The notes: generated by a model from the sequence alone, not told the origin. Counted from the stretch's first letter, positions 12,198-24,240 are shown. The stretch: 64,000 nt of DNA from Octopus sinensis (GCF_006345805.1 NC_043013.1:7998001-8062000), one strand, 5' to 3'. A program made the numbers and translations.

Positions 12198-12380
12198 AGC
12201 AGCAAGCTGGCAAAATCGTTTGCACCCTGGGCAAAGTGCTTAGCAGCATTCTGCCTGTGTCGATTTGCCTTTCATCCTTTAGGGTCGATGAAATAAGTAC
12301 CAGTGAAATACTGGGGTCGATATAATAAACTACTCCTGTCCCCCAAAATATCAGGCTTTGTGCCTTTAGTAGAAAGGATT
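12195..12380 (+). mobile_element. SINE family B, internally deleted, between (TTA)n tracts
   Basis: AAGCAGCAAGCTGGCAAAATCG head, GCCTTTCATCCTTTAGGGTCGAT body, tail running into (ATT)n. Confidence 0.7.
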
Positions 12381-12397
12381 ATTATTATTATTATTAC

Positions 12398-12440
<43 letters not shown>

Positions 12441-12441
<1 letters not shown>

Positions 12442-12792
12442 TTTTTCCTTCTTTCTTCAAATTTTCTTCCGTTTCTCGCTGAGTGTTTTCCATACACTTA
12501 GGGCAGAGAAGGGCATTGTATGCATTCCCAGATTACACGCGCAAATTCACAGATAAAGTATGTATTTAAAAATTAATAAATAAATAAATTCATGGATGGA
12601 TGTTATTTTCACGGTGATAGTGCTCTTCTCAGTACATGAGCCGTTCCAGTTAATACGAGTTTTTTTGCACTTCCTGTAGGGATGGTGAGCCTGGAATCAT
12701 TTTCAAATTGGTTTCAGTACCTTTTTTTTATCATTCCTAGAGATCCTACAATCACTGGTATTGTAGTCATCTTGAGATTCCACATTTTTTCA
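12441..12792 (-). mobile_element. R4/Dong-like LINE 3' fragment
   Basis: Minus strand MWNLKMTTIPVIVGSLGMIKK...IPGSPSLQEVQK...LTGTAHVLRRALS; the 3' UTR resembles that of 13276-13685. Confidence 0.85.
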
Positions 12793-12823
<31 letters not shown>

Positions 12824-12825
12824 TA

Positions 12826-12858
<33 letters not shown>

Positions 12859-13074
12859 CATTATTATTACCTACTGGAGGAGTTACCTGAATCCTATAAA
12901 ATATTACCAAAAATGAAGTAGATTGACAAGTTTATTTTTTGAACCTGTGGAAGGCACACTAGATGCCGAAATATTGTTCACTTGATAACAATGGCACTCT
13001 TCTTATTTTTGCTTCTGTATAACTACTGGAGGCGTTACCTCAATCCTATAAAATATTATTATTATTATTATTAT

Positions 13075-13262
13075 TCTATGTTTGACTTTTGCTTTATATT
13101 TGTACAAGTTGGCTCCAAGTCTCACCAAGAGACCTCAAGAGACAACAGGTTGGAAGTTCGTGATGTTATGCCTAGTGTGCCATATATTTGGTTTTGTATT
13201 TTGTGTTGTACTAGTGAATGTCAAAAAAAAAAAAAAACTTGAGATTACATAGAAAGTATTTT
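13075..13262 (-). mobile_element. R4/Dong-like LINE, 3'-UTR-only copy of the 47-kb family
   Basis: TCTATGTTTGACTTTTGCTTTATATTTGTACAAGTTGGCTCCAAGTCTCACC...CTTGAGATTACATAGA is near-identical to 47089-47310. Confidence 0.9.
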
Positions 13263-13275
13263 TATTATTATTATC

Positions 13276-13685
13276 TTTTTTTTTTCTTCTTTCAAATTTG
13301 CTTCCATTTCTTGCCGAGTGTCTTCCCGACTCCTAGGGCAGAGAAACTCATAGTATACATTGGTAGGCCATTAAACTAAACTCACTAATTCGTTCATTTT
13401 TTTTTTTTAAAGTTAAATTAAAATACATGGGTAGTAATAGTTCTCACATCGACAATGCTCTTCTCAATACGTGTGATGTACCAGTTAAGACAATCTTTTG
13501 CACTTCTTGCAGGGATGGTAAGCCAGGGATCATTCTCATATAATTTTCGGTTCCCTTCTTGATCATTCCTAGTGCTCCTACGATCACTGGTATTGTAACC
13601 GCCTTGAGATGCCACATTTTCTCAATTTCAATGAGCAGGTCTTTATATTTTCTGAGCTTGTCAAACTCTTTCGCCAGGATAATAT
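13276..13685 (-). mobile_element. R4/Dong-like LINE 3' fragment
   Basis: Minus strand AKEFDKLRKYKDLLIEIEKMWHLKAVTIPVIVGALGMIKKGTENYMRMIPGLPSLQEVQKIVLTGTSHVLRRALSM*, open throughout. Confidence 0.9.
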
Positions 13686-13719
13686 TATTATTATTATCAG
13701 TATTATTATTATTATTGAA

Positions 13720-13880
13720 TTCGTAATCATTTCATTGTTGTTCTACTGGTACTGGATTGCTAGATATCAGGCTGCATCCTGCAAGCTTTTGTGTCTGTCA
13801 CCTTTCTTATAGTCAGGCAAACAGGCTTTTGTGTGGAATCAGGAAATTCATCTCAATATCCAACTTCTTCAACCAACCAT
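13720..13880 (-). mobile_element. Highly degenerate R4/Dong-like extreme 3' end
   Basis: GWLKKLDIEM then, after a frameshift, QKACL...IRKVTDT, which resembles the clade C-terminus. Confidence 0.45.
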
Positions 13881-13981
13881 TCATTATCATTGTTGTCGTT
13901 GTCGTCGTCGTTGCCATTGTCATCATCATCATCGTCATCATCATCATCATCATCATCATCACCACCACCATCACCATCACC

Positions 13982-14036
<55 letters not shown>

Positions 14037-14056
14037 CCACCACCATCACCATCACC

Positions 14057-14111
<55 letters not shown>

Positions 14112-14592
14112 CCACCACCATCACCATCACCATCATCATCGTCATCATCATCATCATCATCATCATCACCACCACCATCACCATCATCATCATCATCATC
14201 ACCATCATCATCATCACCATCACCATCATCACCATCATCATCATCATCATCATCACCACCACCATCTTAGTTTTCATCATCATCTTAGTTTTCATCATCA
14301 CCACCAACACAATCATCATCATCATCACCATCACCATCATCATCATCACCATCACCATCACCACCACCACCATCTTAGTTTTCATCATCACCATCACCAT
14401 CATCATCATCATCATCACCACCACCACCACCACCACCACCATCACCATCACCATCATCATCATCATCATCACCACCACCACCACCACCACCACCACCACC
14501 ACACCACCATCATCATCATCATCACCATCACCACCACCACCACCACCACCACCACCACCACCACACCACCACCACCACCACCATCATCATTA
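13881..14592. repeat. Compound (CAT/CAC)n microsatellite
   Basis: About 710 bp, with three interspersed CATCTTAGTTTT units; source of the poly-His/Ile/Ser ORFs. Confidence 0.95.
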
Positions 14593-14860
14593 TTTGGCAT
14601 TGCTTGCCACTCTTCCTTTTGTTGGTTGTCAGATCTGCAATCTTCATTAGATGTTGTGGCAGCTGTCAGATGCTATCCCATACCTCCATATTTAACTCCG
14701 ATCAGATTTAATCAAAATGCTTACCTTACACTTACAAAACCACAGCACATCAGTGAGAGAGGAACAGAGTTAAATTATTGGGTTAAATCATTGGGCTATC
14801 TGGACAGAACTGGTTTCATCTTCTTCTTCTGCTGACTAAACTTTCTATCTCCTTTCATCA

Positions 14861-14898
<38 letters not shown>

Positions 14899-15321
14899 GG
14901 TATTATTATTATGTTCATTATTGTTGTTATTGTTAATATTTCTTTTCTTTTACTGAAGCGATGTCACAAGCCAAAAGTATAACTTAATTTGGTGCCAGTT
15001 GATTGAATCTTTCAAGTCTTAAACTTCTAGGAAGTCCTTAGAATTCTGAACTGCATGGCAATTCTCCATTCTGAATTCAAAAGCACTTCATGAACAAAAG
15101 ATAGATTATAGAGAGGCTTACACATATGATAAAGATAGTAATACATGAGAGTAACTCAATTGAAGTTGGTTATTTTGAGAATTCCTTGCAGTTCTATTCT
15201 AAAAGAAACGTTGAAGATACCAAGGCTGAAGTGTTGATGCCATAAGTATTTTGGTCCCGATGTAAAATTTTAGATTTATCGCTCTCTTCTGGTGAAGGGA
15301 GGTGGCTTAGTAGTGATGGGT

Positions 15322-18300
15322 GTTGGACTCACGATCATTAGGGTGTGAGATCAACTTTTGAACTAGCGTTGGACTCATGATCGTTAGGGTGTGAGATCAA
15401 CTTTTGAACTAGCGTTGGACTCATGATCGTTAGGGTGTGAGATCAACTTTTGAACTAGTGTTGGACTCATGATTGTTAGGGTGTGAGATCAACTTTTGAA
15501 CTAGCGTTGGACTCGTGATCGTTAGGGTGTGAGATCACTTTTGAACTAGCGTTGGACTCATGATCGTTAGGGTGTGAGATCAACTTTTGAACTAGTGTTG
15601 GACTCATGATTGTTAGGGTGTGAGATCAACTTTTGAACTAGCGTTGGACTCATGATCGTTGTTTAGGGTGTGAGATCACTTTTGAACTAGCGTTGGATCA
15701 TGATCGTTAGGGTGTGAGATCAACTTTTGAACTAGCGTTGGACTCATGATCGTTAGGGTGTGAGATCAACTTTTGAACTAGCGTTGGACTCATGATCGTT
15801 AGGGTGTGAGATCAACTTTTGTACTAGCGTTGGACTCATGATCGTTAGGGTGTGAGATTAACTTTTGAACTAGCGTTGGACTCATGATCGTTAGGGTATG
15901 ACATCAACTTTTGAACTAGCGTTTGACTCGTGATCGTTAGGGTGTGAGATCAACTTTTGAACTAGCGTTGGACTCATGATCGTTAGGGTGTGAGATCAAC
16001 TTTTGAACTAGTGTTGAACTCATGATCGTTAGGGTGTGAGATTAACTTTTGAACTAGCATTGGACTCATGATCGTTAGGGTATGAGATCAACTTTTGAAC
16101 TAGCGTTTGACTCGTGATCGTTAGGGTGTGAGATCAACTTTTGAACTAGCGTTGGACTCATGATCGTTAGGGTGTGAGATTAAATTTTGAACTAGCGTTG
16201 GACTCATGATCGTTAGGGTGTGAGATCAACTTTTGAACTAGCGTTTGACTCGTGATCATTAGGGTGTGCGATCAACTTTTGAACTAGCATTTGACTCGTG
16301 ATCGTTAGGGTGTGCGATCAACTTTTGAACTAGGGTTGGACTCATGATCGTTAGGGTGTGAGATCAACTTTTGAACTAGCGTTGGACTCATGATTGTTAG
16401 GGTATGAGATCAACTTTTGAACTAGCGTTTGACTCGTGATCGTTAGGGTGTGCGATCAACTTTTGAACTAGGGTTGGACTCATGATCGTTAGGGTGTGAG
16501 ATCAACTTTTGAACTAGCGTTGGACTCATTGTTAGGGTATGAGATCAACTTTTGAACTAGCGTTTGACTCGTGATCGTTAGGGTGTGCGATCAACTTTTG
16601 AACTAGCGTTTGACTCATGATCGTTAGGGTGTGAGATCAACTTTTGAACTAGTGTTGAACTCATGATCGTTAGGGTGTGAGATTAACTTTTGAACTAGCG
16701 TTTGACTCGTGATCGTTAGGGTGTGAGATCAACTTTTGAACTAGCGTTGGACTCATGATCGTTAGGGTGTGAGATTAACTTTTGAACTAGCGTTGGACTC
16801 ATGATCGTTAGGGTGTGAGATCAACTTTTGAACTAGTGTTGAACTCATGATCGTTAGGGTGTGAGATTAACTTTTGAACTAGCGTTTGACTCGTGATCGT
16901 TAGGGTGTGAGATCAACTTTTGAACTAGCGTTGAACTCATGATCGTTAGGGTGTGAGATTAACTTTTGAACTAGCGTTGGACTCATGATCGTTAGGGTAT
17001 GAGATCAACTTTTGAACTAGCGTTTGACTCGTGATCGTTAGGGCGTGCGATCAACTTTTGAACTAGCGTTGACTCATGATCGTTAGGGTGTGAGATCAAC
17101 TTTTGAACTAGCGTGGACTCATGATCGTTAGGGTGTGAGATCAACTTTTGAACTAGTGTTGAACTCATGATCGTTAGGGTGTGAGATCAACTTTTGTACT
17201 AGCGTTTGACTCGTGATCATTAGGGTGTGCGATCAACTTTTGAACTAGCGTTTGACTCGTGATCGTTAGGGTGTGCGATCAACTTTTGAACTAGTTGGAC
17301 TCATGATCGTTAGGGTGTGAGATCAACTTTTGAACTAGCGTTGAACTCATGATCGTTAGGGTGTGAGATCAACTTTTGAACTAGCGTTTGACTTGTTATC
17401 GTTAGGGTGTGCGATCAACTTTTGAACTAGCGTTTGACTCGTGATCGTTAGGGTGTGCGATCAACTTTTGAACTAACGTTGGACTCATGATCGTTAGGGT
17501 GTGAGATCAACTTTTGAACTAGTGTTGAACTCATGATCGTTAGGGTGTGAGATCACTTTTGAACTAGCGTTTGACTCGTGATCGTTAGGGTGTGAGATCA
17601 ACTTTTGAACTAGTGTTCAACTCATGATCGTTAGGGTGTGAGATCAACTTTTGAACTAGCGTTGGACTCATGATCGTTAGGGTGTGAGATCAACTTTTGA
17701 ACTAGTGTTGAACTCATGATCGTTAGGGTGTGGGATCAACTTTTGAACTAGTGTTGGACTCATGATTGTTAGGGTGTGAGATCAACTTTTGAACTAGTGT
17801 TGAACTCATGATCGTTAGGGTGTGAGATTAACTTTTGAACTAGCGTTTGACTCGTGATCGTTAGGGTGTGAGATCAACTTTTGAACTAGCGTTGAACTCA
17901 TGATCGTTAGGGTGTGAGATTAACTTTTGAACTAGCGTTGGACTCATGATCGTTAGGGTATGAGATCAACTTTTGAACTAGCGTTTGACTCGTGATCGTT
18001 AGGGCGTGCGATCAACTTTTGAACTAGTGTTTGACTCATGATCGTTAGGGTGTGAGATCAACTTTTGAACTAGCGTTGGACTCATGATCGTTAGGGTGTG
18101 AGATCAACTATTGAACTAGTGTTGAACTCATGATCGTTAGGGTGTGAGATCAACTTTTGAACTAGCGTTTGACTCGTGATCATTAGGGTGTGCGATCAAC
18201 TTTTGAACTAGCGTTTGACTCGTGATCGTTAGGGTGTGCGATCAACTTTTGAACTAGCGTTGGACTCATGATCGTTAGGGTGTGAGATCAACTTTTGAAC

Positions 18301-19480
18301 TAGCGTTGAACTCATGATCGTTAGGGTGTGAGATCAACTTTTGAACTAGCGTTTGACTTGTTATCGTTAGGGTGTGCGATCAACTTTTGAACTAGCGTTT
18401 GACTCGTGATCGTTAGGGTGTGCGATCAACTTTTGAACTAACGTTGGACTCATGATCGTTAGGGTGTGAGATCAACTTTTGAACTAGTGTTGAACTCATG
18501 ATCGTTAGGGTGTGAGATCAACTTTTGAACTAGCGTTTGACTCGTGATCGTTAGGGTGTGAGATCAACTTTTGAACTAGTGTTGAACTCATGATCGTTAG
18601 GGTGTGAGATCAACTTTTGAACTAGTGTTGAACTCATGATCGTTAGGGTATGAGATCAACTTTTGAACTAGCGTTTGACTCGTGATCGTTAGGGTGTGCG
18701 ATCAACTTTTGAACTAGCGTTGGACTCATGATCGTTAGGGTGTGAGATCAACTTTTGAACTAGCGTTGGACTCATGATCGTTAGGGTGTGAGATCAACTT
18801 TTGAACTAGTGTTGAACTCATGATCGTTAGGGTGTGGGATCAACTTTTGAACTAGTGTTGGACTCATGATTGTTAGGGTGTGAGATCAACTTTTGAACTA
18901 GCGTTGGACTCATGATCGTTAGGGTGTGAGATCAACTTTTGAACTAGCGTTGGACTCATGATCATTAGGGTGTGAGATCAACTTTTGAACTAGCGTTGGA
19001 CTCATGATCGTTAGGGTGTGAGATCAACTTTTGAACTAGCGTTGGACTCATGATCGTTAGGGTGTGAGATTAACTTTTGAACTAGCGTTGGACTCATGAT
19101 CGTTAGGGTATGAGATCAACTTTTGAACTAGCGTTTGACTCGTGATCGTTAGGGTGTGAGATCAACTTTTGAACTAGCGTTGGACTCATGATCGTTAGGG
19201 TGTGAGATCAACTTTTGAACTAGCGTTGGACTCATGATCGTTAGGGTGTGAGATCAACTTTTGAACTAGTGTTGAACTCATGATCGTTAGGGTGTGAGAT
19301 CAACTTTTGAACTAGTGTTGAACTCATGATCGTTAGGGTGTGAGATCAACTTTTGAACTAACGTTGGACTCATGATTGTTAGGGTGTGGGATCAACTTTT
19401 GAACTAGTGTTGGACTCATGATCGTTAGGGTGTGAGATCAACTTTTGAACTAGCGTTGGACTCATGATCATTAGGGTGTG
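15322..19480. repeat. 46-bp tandem satellite, about 90 copies
   Basis: Consensus GTTGGACTCATGATCGTTAGGGTGTGAGATCAACTTTTGAACTAGC; head-to-tail with no spacers; 4159 bp / 46 gives about 90 units. Confidence 0.98.
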
Positions 19481-19491
19481 TAGCAATTTTT

Positions 19492-19946
19492 GTCTGGTTC
19501 TCAACGCATCAAGTGCCGAAAATGAACTTTCTTATCTTCCATTTTAAAAGGTTACAGAATTAACACAAGTTATAGGAACATAAACCTTCTTCCATGAAAA
19601 GATAGCTTAAATTGTGCTCTAAATGGAGGTGTAGTCTAATCCTGTTTTATGGACTCAACCATGTTCTAAAATAAATCGAAAGGTAAGCTACTATAAATCA
19701 GCAAGAACTTTCCAGACAACCCAATATTTATCGCAAGAAACAGCTCACTTTCCTTCTTTGATGTTTTATATACTTCAGCCTACTCAAGTGGATTTGAAAA
19801 ATGAAGCCAAACAAAATAGAAATTTGAAAGAAGTATCTATAAAACTAGTTTTTCAACATGAAATGGCTATGTAGGGGGTGAGGGTCAGAATGAAATAGTA
19901 ATCAAAGGGGTTCAGAGATTAAAAAAAAAAGGGTTGAGAACCACTG
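19492..19946. mobile_element. hAT-Charlie-like MITE, degenerate
   Basis: Right end GGTTGAGAACCACTG; left end TGGTTCTCAAC at 19495-19505. Confidence 0.55.
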
Positions 19947-20331
19947 TTCGTAGCTATACAGTCATCATCATCATCATCGTCATCATCGTCTTCGTTGCCA
20001 TTGCCGCGGCCGTTGTTGTCATTGTTGTCGTCATCATTATCATTTAATGTCTACTAACCATGCTGGCATGGGATGGATAGTTTGACAGGAGCTGGTAGAC
20101 AGAAGGCTGCACCAAACTTCTGTGTCTATTTTGGCATGGTTTTTGTAGCTGGGTGCTCTTACACCAAACATGCTGCAGAGTGGACACTCATGCTTACATT
20201 TCTATCATCCTTTGTTTGAGATATCTTTTTGCTGTGTGACTCAAGTCAGCTCAGCTTGAGCAAAACTGTAGCCCAGAATTCATTGCTCAAATAATAATCC
20301 AATTACCATTATTTATAAGTGTGATAATATA

Positions 20332-20560
20332 TTTCTTTACTACCCACAAGGGGCTAAGCATAGATGGGACAAACAAGGACAGACAAAGGATTAAGTCGAT
20401 TACATCGACCCCAGTGCGAAATTGGTACTTTATTTATCGATCCCGAAAGGATGAAAGGCAAAGTCGACCTCGGCGGAATTTGAACTCAGAACGTAACGAC
20501 AGATGAAATACCGTTAAGCATTTCACCCGGCGTGCTAACGTTTCTGCCAGCTCGCCATCT
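20332..20560 (-). mobile_element. SINE family B, full length
   Basis: Tail ATTTCTTTACTACCCACAAGGGGCT through head CTGCCAGCTCGCC; short GTGTGAT direct repeats flank it. Confidence 0.9.
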
Positions 20561-20619
20561 TCGTGTGATGATAATCTGGTCTTTGCCATGAGCCATGAAG
20601 ATAAATTTGTTTTAATTCT

Positions 20620-20836
20620 CTGGTGTTCAGGTTACTCAGCCAAATTTAATGTTTATTTATTCACATTAATTTGAATTAATCACAAATATCTCAGCTTCAA
20701 GATTTCAATGATATGATTATTTATTTTTAGAATGACATTGTAGGATAGGTGTGAGAGGCTGGATCTGGCCAGTTTGAAAATAAAACAGGTAAAATATTTG
20801 GACAGGACATAGCTAATATAAATGCTAAAAGATTAA
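20620..20836 (+). mobile_element. TTAA-flanked MITE family copy, degenerate
   Basis: Body aligns by eye to 26344-26570. Confidence 0.6.
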
Positions 20837-20864
20837 AACATGCCATCTCCACTTTATAAACAGT

Positions 20865-21552
20865 ATTTAGTTTGTCCTCAATGTGTTGATAGTAAGGAGT
20901 TTGTACTCATTGTGTTGACATTAAAGAGGTTCTCCTCATTGTTTTGACAGTAATGAGTTTATTCTGATTGTACTAATAGCTAGGAGTGTGTATTCATTGT
21001 GTTGACAATCAGGCGCAGGAGTAGCTGTGTGGTAAGTAGCTTGCTAACCAATCACATGGTTCCGGGTTCAGTCCCACTGCGTGGCATCTTGGGCAAGTGT
21101 CTTCTGCTATAGCCCTGGGCCGACCAATGCCTTGTGAGTGGATTTGGTAGACGGAAGCTGAAAGAAGCCCGTTGTATATATGTATATATATGTATAAGTG
21201 TGTGTGTATATGTTTGTGTGTCTGTGTTTGTCCCCCTAGCATTGCTTGACAACCGATGCTGGTGTGTTTACGTCCCCGTCACTTTGCGGTTCGGCAAAAG
21301 AGACCGATAGAATAAGTACTGGGCTTACAAAGAATAAGTCCCGGGGTCGATTTGCTCGACTAAAGGCGGTGCTCCAGCATGGCTGCAGTCAAATGACTGA
21401 AACAAGTAAAAGAGTAAAAGAGTAAAAGAGTGTTTATACTAAGTTTGTTGAATTTGTTGACGTTAACAAATTGGTATTCAATGTGTTAACAACAACAGGG
21501 TTTGTACTCAATGTTTTGATAGTAGGATGTTTATAACACAATCTGTTGACAT
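20865..21552. repeat. Old ~29-30-bp minisatellite split by a SINE
   Basis: Units like GTTTGTACTCAATGTGTTGATAGTAAGGA at 20868-21010, resuming at 21432-21552. Confidence 0.7.
21012..21431 (+). mobile_element. SINE family A, full length (tRNA head, CORE-like segment, internal TA/TG microsatellite, (GTAAAAGA)n tail)
   Basis: A-box-like TAGCTGTGTGG, B-box GGTTCAGTCCC, and GGCATCTTGGGCAAGTGTCTT resembling the CORE-SINE domain; about 20 full or partial copies in the window. Confidence 0.92.
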
Positions 21553-21725
21553 GAAGGTGATGAAGCAGCACAACTTCAATAGCATCTGGTAATGTAAAAT
21601 CTCTGCGTTGTCCTGAGGCCATTAATTCTCATGAAAAATTTTTGTGAACCACCAAATTAGCAGTTTTCAATTTTCTGTTACTTCAGGTTTCCATCAGTAG
21701 CTCATCCATTTTTTGTTCATATATT

Positions 21726-21879
21726 GGTGCAAGCATGACTGTGTGGTAAGTATCTTGCTTACCAACTACATGGTTCCGGGTTCTGTCCCACTGCATGGCA
21801 CCTTAGGAAAGTGTCTTCTACTATAGCCTCGGGCTGACCAAAGCCTTGTGAGTGAATTTTGTAGATGGAAACTATTGTT

Positions 21880-21911
<32 letters not shown>

Positions 21912-22132
21912 GTGTGTGTGTATATGTTTGTGTGTCTGTGTTTGTCCACCGACTATCGTTTGACAACCGATGTTGGTGGGTTTATGTCCCCATAACTTAA
22001 CGGTTCTGCAAAAGAGACCGATATGTTAAGTACTAGGCTTACAAAGAATATGTCTTGGGGTTGATTTGTTCGACTAAAGGTGGTGCTCCAGCATGGCCAC
22101 AGTCAAATGACTGAAACAAACAAATAAAAGAA
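21726..22132 (+). mobile_element. SINE family A
   Basis: Same head, body and tail as 21012-21431. Confidence 0.88.
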
Positions 22133-22728
22133 TCCTATGTCACATACATAATCAAGGCAGATTGGTGGAGCTTTTAAACTGGTAGGCTCACTAGCTGCTT
22201 GTAGACTTTAAGTTCAAATCAAACAGAAAACATTTTGTCGAGTATCTATTGGGTCAGCCCATAATTAATGCATTTTTTTAAAATACTTCTTTTATTTTTC
22301 AAAATTAAGATAAACAAATTTCTTATCCCTAAGTATTCAGAAAAAGGGATCAAAGCATTAGCATAGTTTGAGGAGCGTGAAGAGGGCAGTCTGCCCCAGA
22401 TGGCACTTTCATGGGGATGGCACCATCTTTCGGTCTGCTGTAGGGAATATATATTTTTTGCAGAGGTCCAGGAGGTGGCAAACTGAAGGGCCGCACTGGT
22501 GGGACTACGTTGGTGGATCAAAGGCCGCTTCTGAGCCATTGGCTCATAAAGCCTGTTTACCAGAATCTGTGGCATATATATGCCATACCCTAGATGGGGT
22601 ACAAGTGTGTTGCAGGGTTACCCATTTTTGCCTGCTGAGAGACTGGAGCAACTTGATATGGAGTGTTTCCCTCAAGAACACAATGCAGGAAACCACAATC
22701 TTAGGATCATAAGTACAACACCCTAACC

Positions 22729-23087
22729 TATTAAGTCGATTATATCGACCCCAGTGCGTAACTGGTACTTATTGAATCGACCCCGAAAGGATGAAAAGCA
22801 AAGTTGACCTCAGTGGAATTTGAACTCGGAACATAGTAGCAGACGAAATACCTATTTCAGTACTACCCACAAGGGGCTACACACAGAGAGGACAAACAAG
22901 GACACACAAACGGATTAAGTCGATTATATCGACCCCAGTGCGTAACTGGTACTTATTGAATCGACCCCGAAAGGATGAAAGGCAAAGTCGACCTCGGCGG
23001 AATTTGAACTCAGAATGTAACGGCAGATGAAATACCGCTAAGTATTTCACCCTGCGTGCTAACGGTTCTACCAGCTCGCCACCCTTC
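22729..23087 (-). mobile_element. SINE family B, ~1.6-mer with 19-bp TSD
   Basis: TSD TAAGTACAACACCCTAACC at 22710-22728 and 23088-23106; internal junction GACGAAATACCTATTTC. Confidence 0.9.
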
Positions 23088-23381
23088 TAAGTACAACACC
23101 CTAACCATTAAGCCACATGCCTTCACTATGAGTAGTAGAGAGTGTCTATGCCTGTTTGCGACTAAATAAGCACTTTAAACAATTAGCGAAAGCATATTAC
23201 ATGCTACCAAGTCATTATCATTCATGAGTGACTTTTTATAGTTTTTATGGTTTTTTGTACAGTAAAAGGAATAAAAAAAAACATTGTTTTTTTTCTTGGT
23301 TTGCTTGCTTGCTCAAGTGTGCTTGTCATTTGGTGCTTGCCCTTTTAAGATCGTCACAAATGTGAAAAAATAGTTGAAGAC

Positions 23382-23449
<68 letters not shown>

Positions 23450-23604
23450 AGAAAATAGAATAGAAAATGAAAATTTCGGAAATGGTAAGTGTTTTGATCT
23501 GAGACAGTCTTTTGGAACTAAAACAATTTACAGCATGGAAGACACTTATTAGTTTCAAAGTTTGGTACAAGTGTAGCAGGTTTGTGGGGATGAGTTAAGA
23601 CTAC

Positions 23605-24005
23605 ACTAGTCCCTTGACTATCGCGAGTGTTATGTTCCAACCCCCACCCCCCGCAATAGGTGGAAATCCACAAAGTAAAAACAGTACTTTACTGTATATT
23701 TTTTTTTATTATTTTCATAATTAGTATATATTTATTTTATTATAAATGCAAAACAGCATCACACACTCACCTCCTGGGTTTCGTTTTCCATACAGTATGT
23801 GCAATTCTTTATTTACTTATCTACGGTACATTACATATTTTCTTTTTATATATTTTAGTTAATGTGTTATACAGAGCAGCACTGTATTTATATTTATCAA
23901 TTTATCAATTTTTAAACATGAAAACACTTATTTTACCACAAAAATAAAATATAAAAAACATAAATACCTATTGGCCGCAGAAACCTGTGATATAAATTTA
24001 CAGAT
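23605..24005. mobile_element. Tigger/pogo-like non-autonomous element remnant
   Basis: End CTAGTCCCTTGACTATCGCGAGTGTTATGTTCCAA...CCCCGCAATAGGTGGAAATCCAC resembles Tigger-type termini (recalled); the other end is not clear. Confidence 0.45.
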
Positions 24006-24007
24006 AT

Positions 24008-24195
24008 TACTCTTTTACTTGTTTCAGTCACCTTTAGTCAAGTACATCGACCCCAGGACTCATTCTTTGTAAGCCCAGTACTTATTCTATCGATCTCTTT
24101 TGCCGAACCGTTAAGTTACGGGGATGTAAACACACCAGCATCGGTTGTCAAGCGATGTTGGGGGGACAAACACAGACACACAAACATACGCACAC

Positions 24196-24240
<45 letters not shown>

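Noticed and set aside
13757-14835. Long poly-His/Ile/Ser ORFs (297-334 aa)
   Set aside because: Artefacts of a stop-free (CAT/CAC)n microsatellite; the same applies to 29665-30296, 45645-46193 and 62299-63953.
15322-19480. CRISPR array
   Set aside because: Units are head-to-tail with no unique spacers, there are no cas genes, and the context is eukaryotic.
15322-19480. Interstitial telomere (one TTAGGG per unit)
   Set aside because: The hexamer is never tandem, is followed by TGTG rather than TTA, and is explained by the SINE-head origin.
21009-21252. Recurrent short ORFs such as [23 protein letters not shown] and [22 protein letters not shown]
   Set aside because: These are antisense translations of SINE family A, not a gene family.
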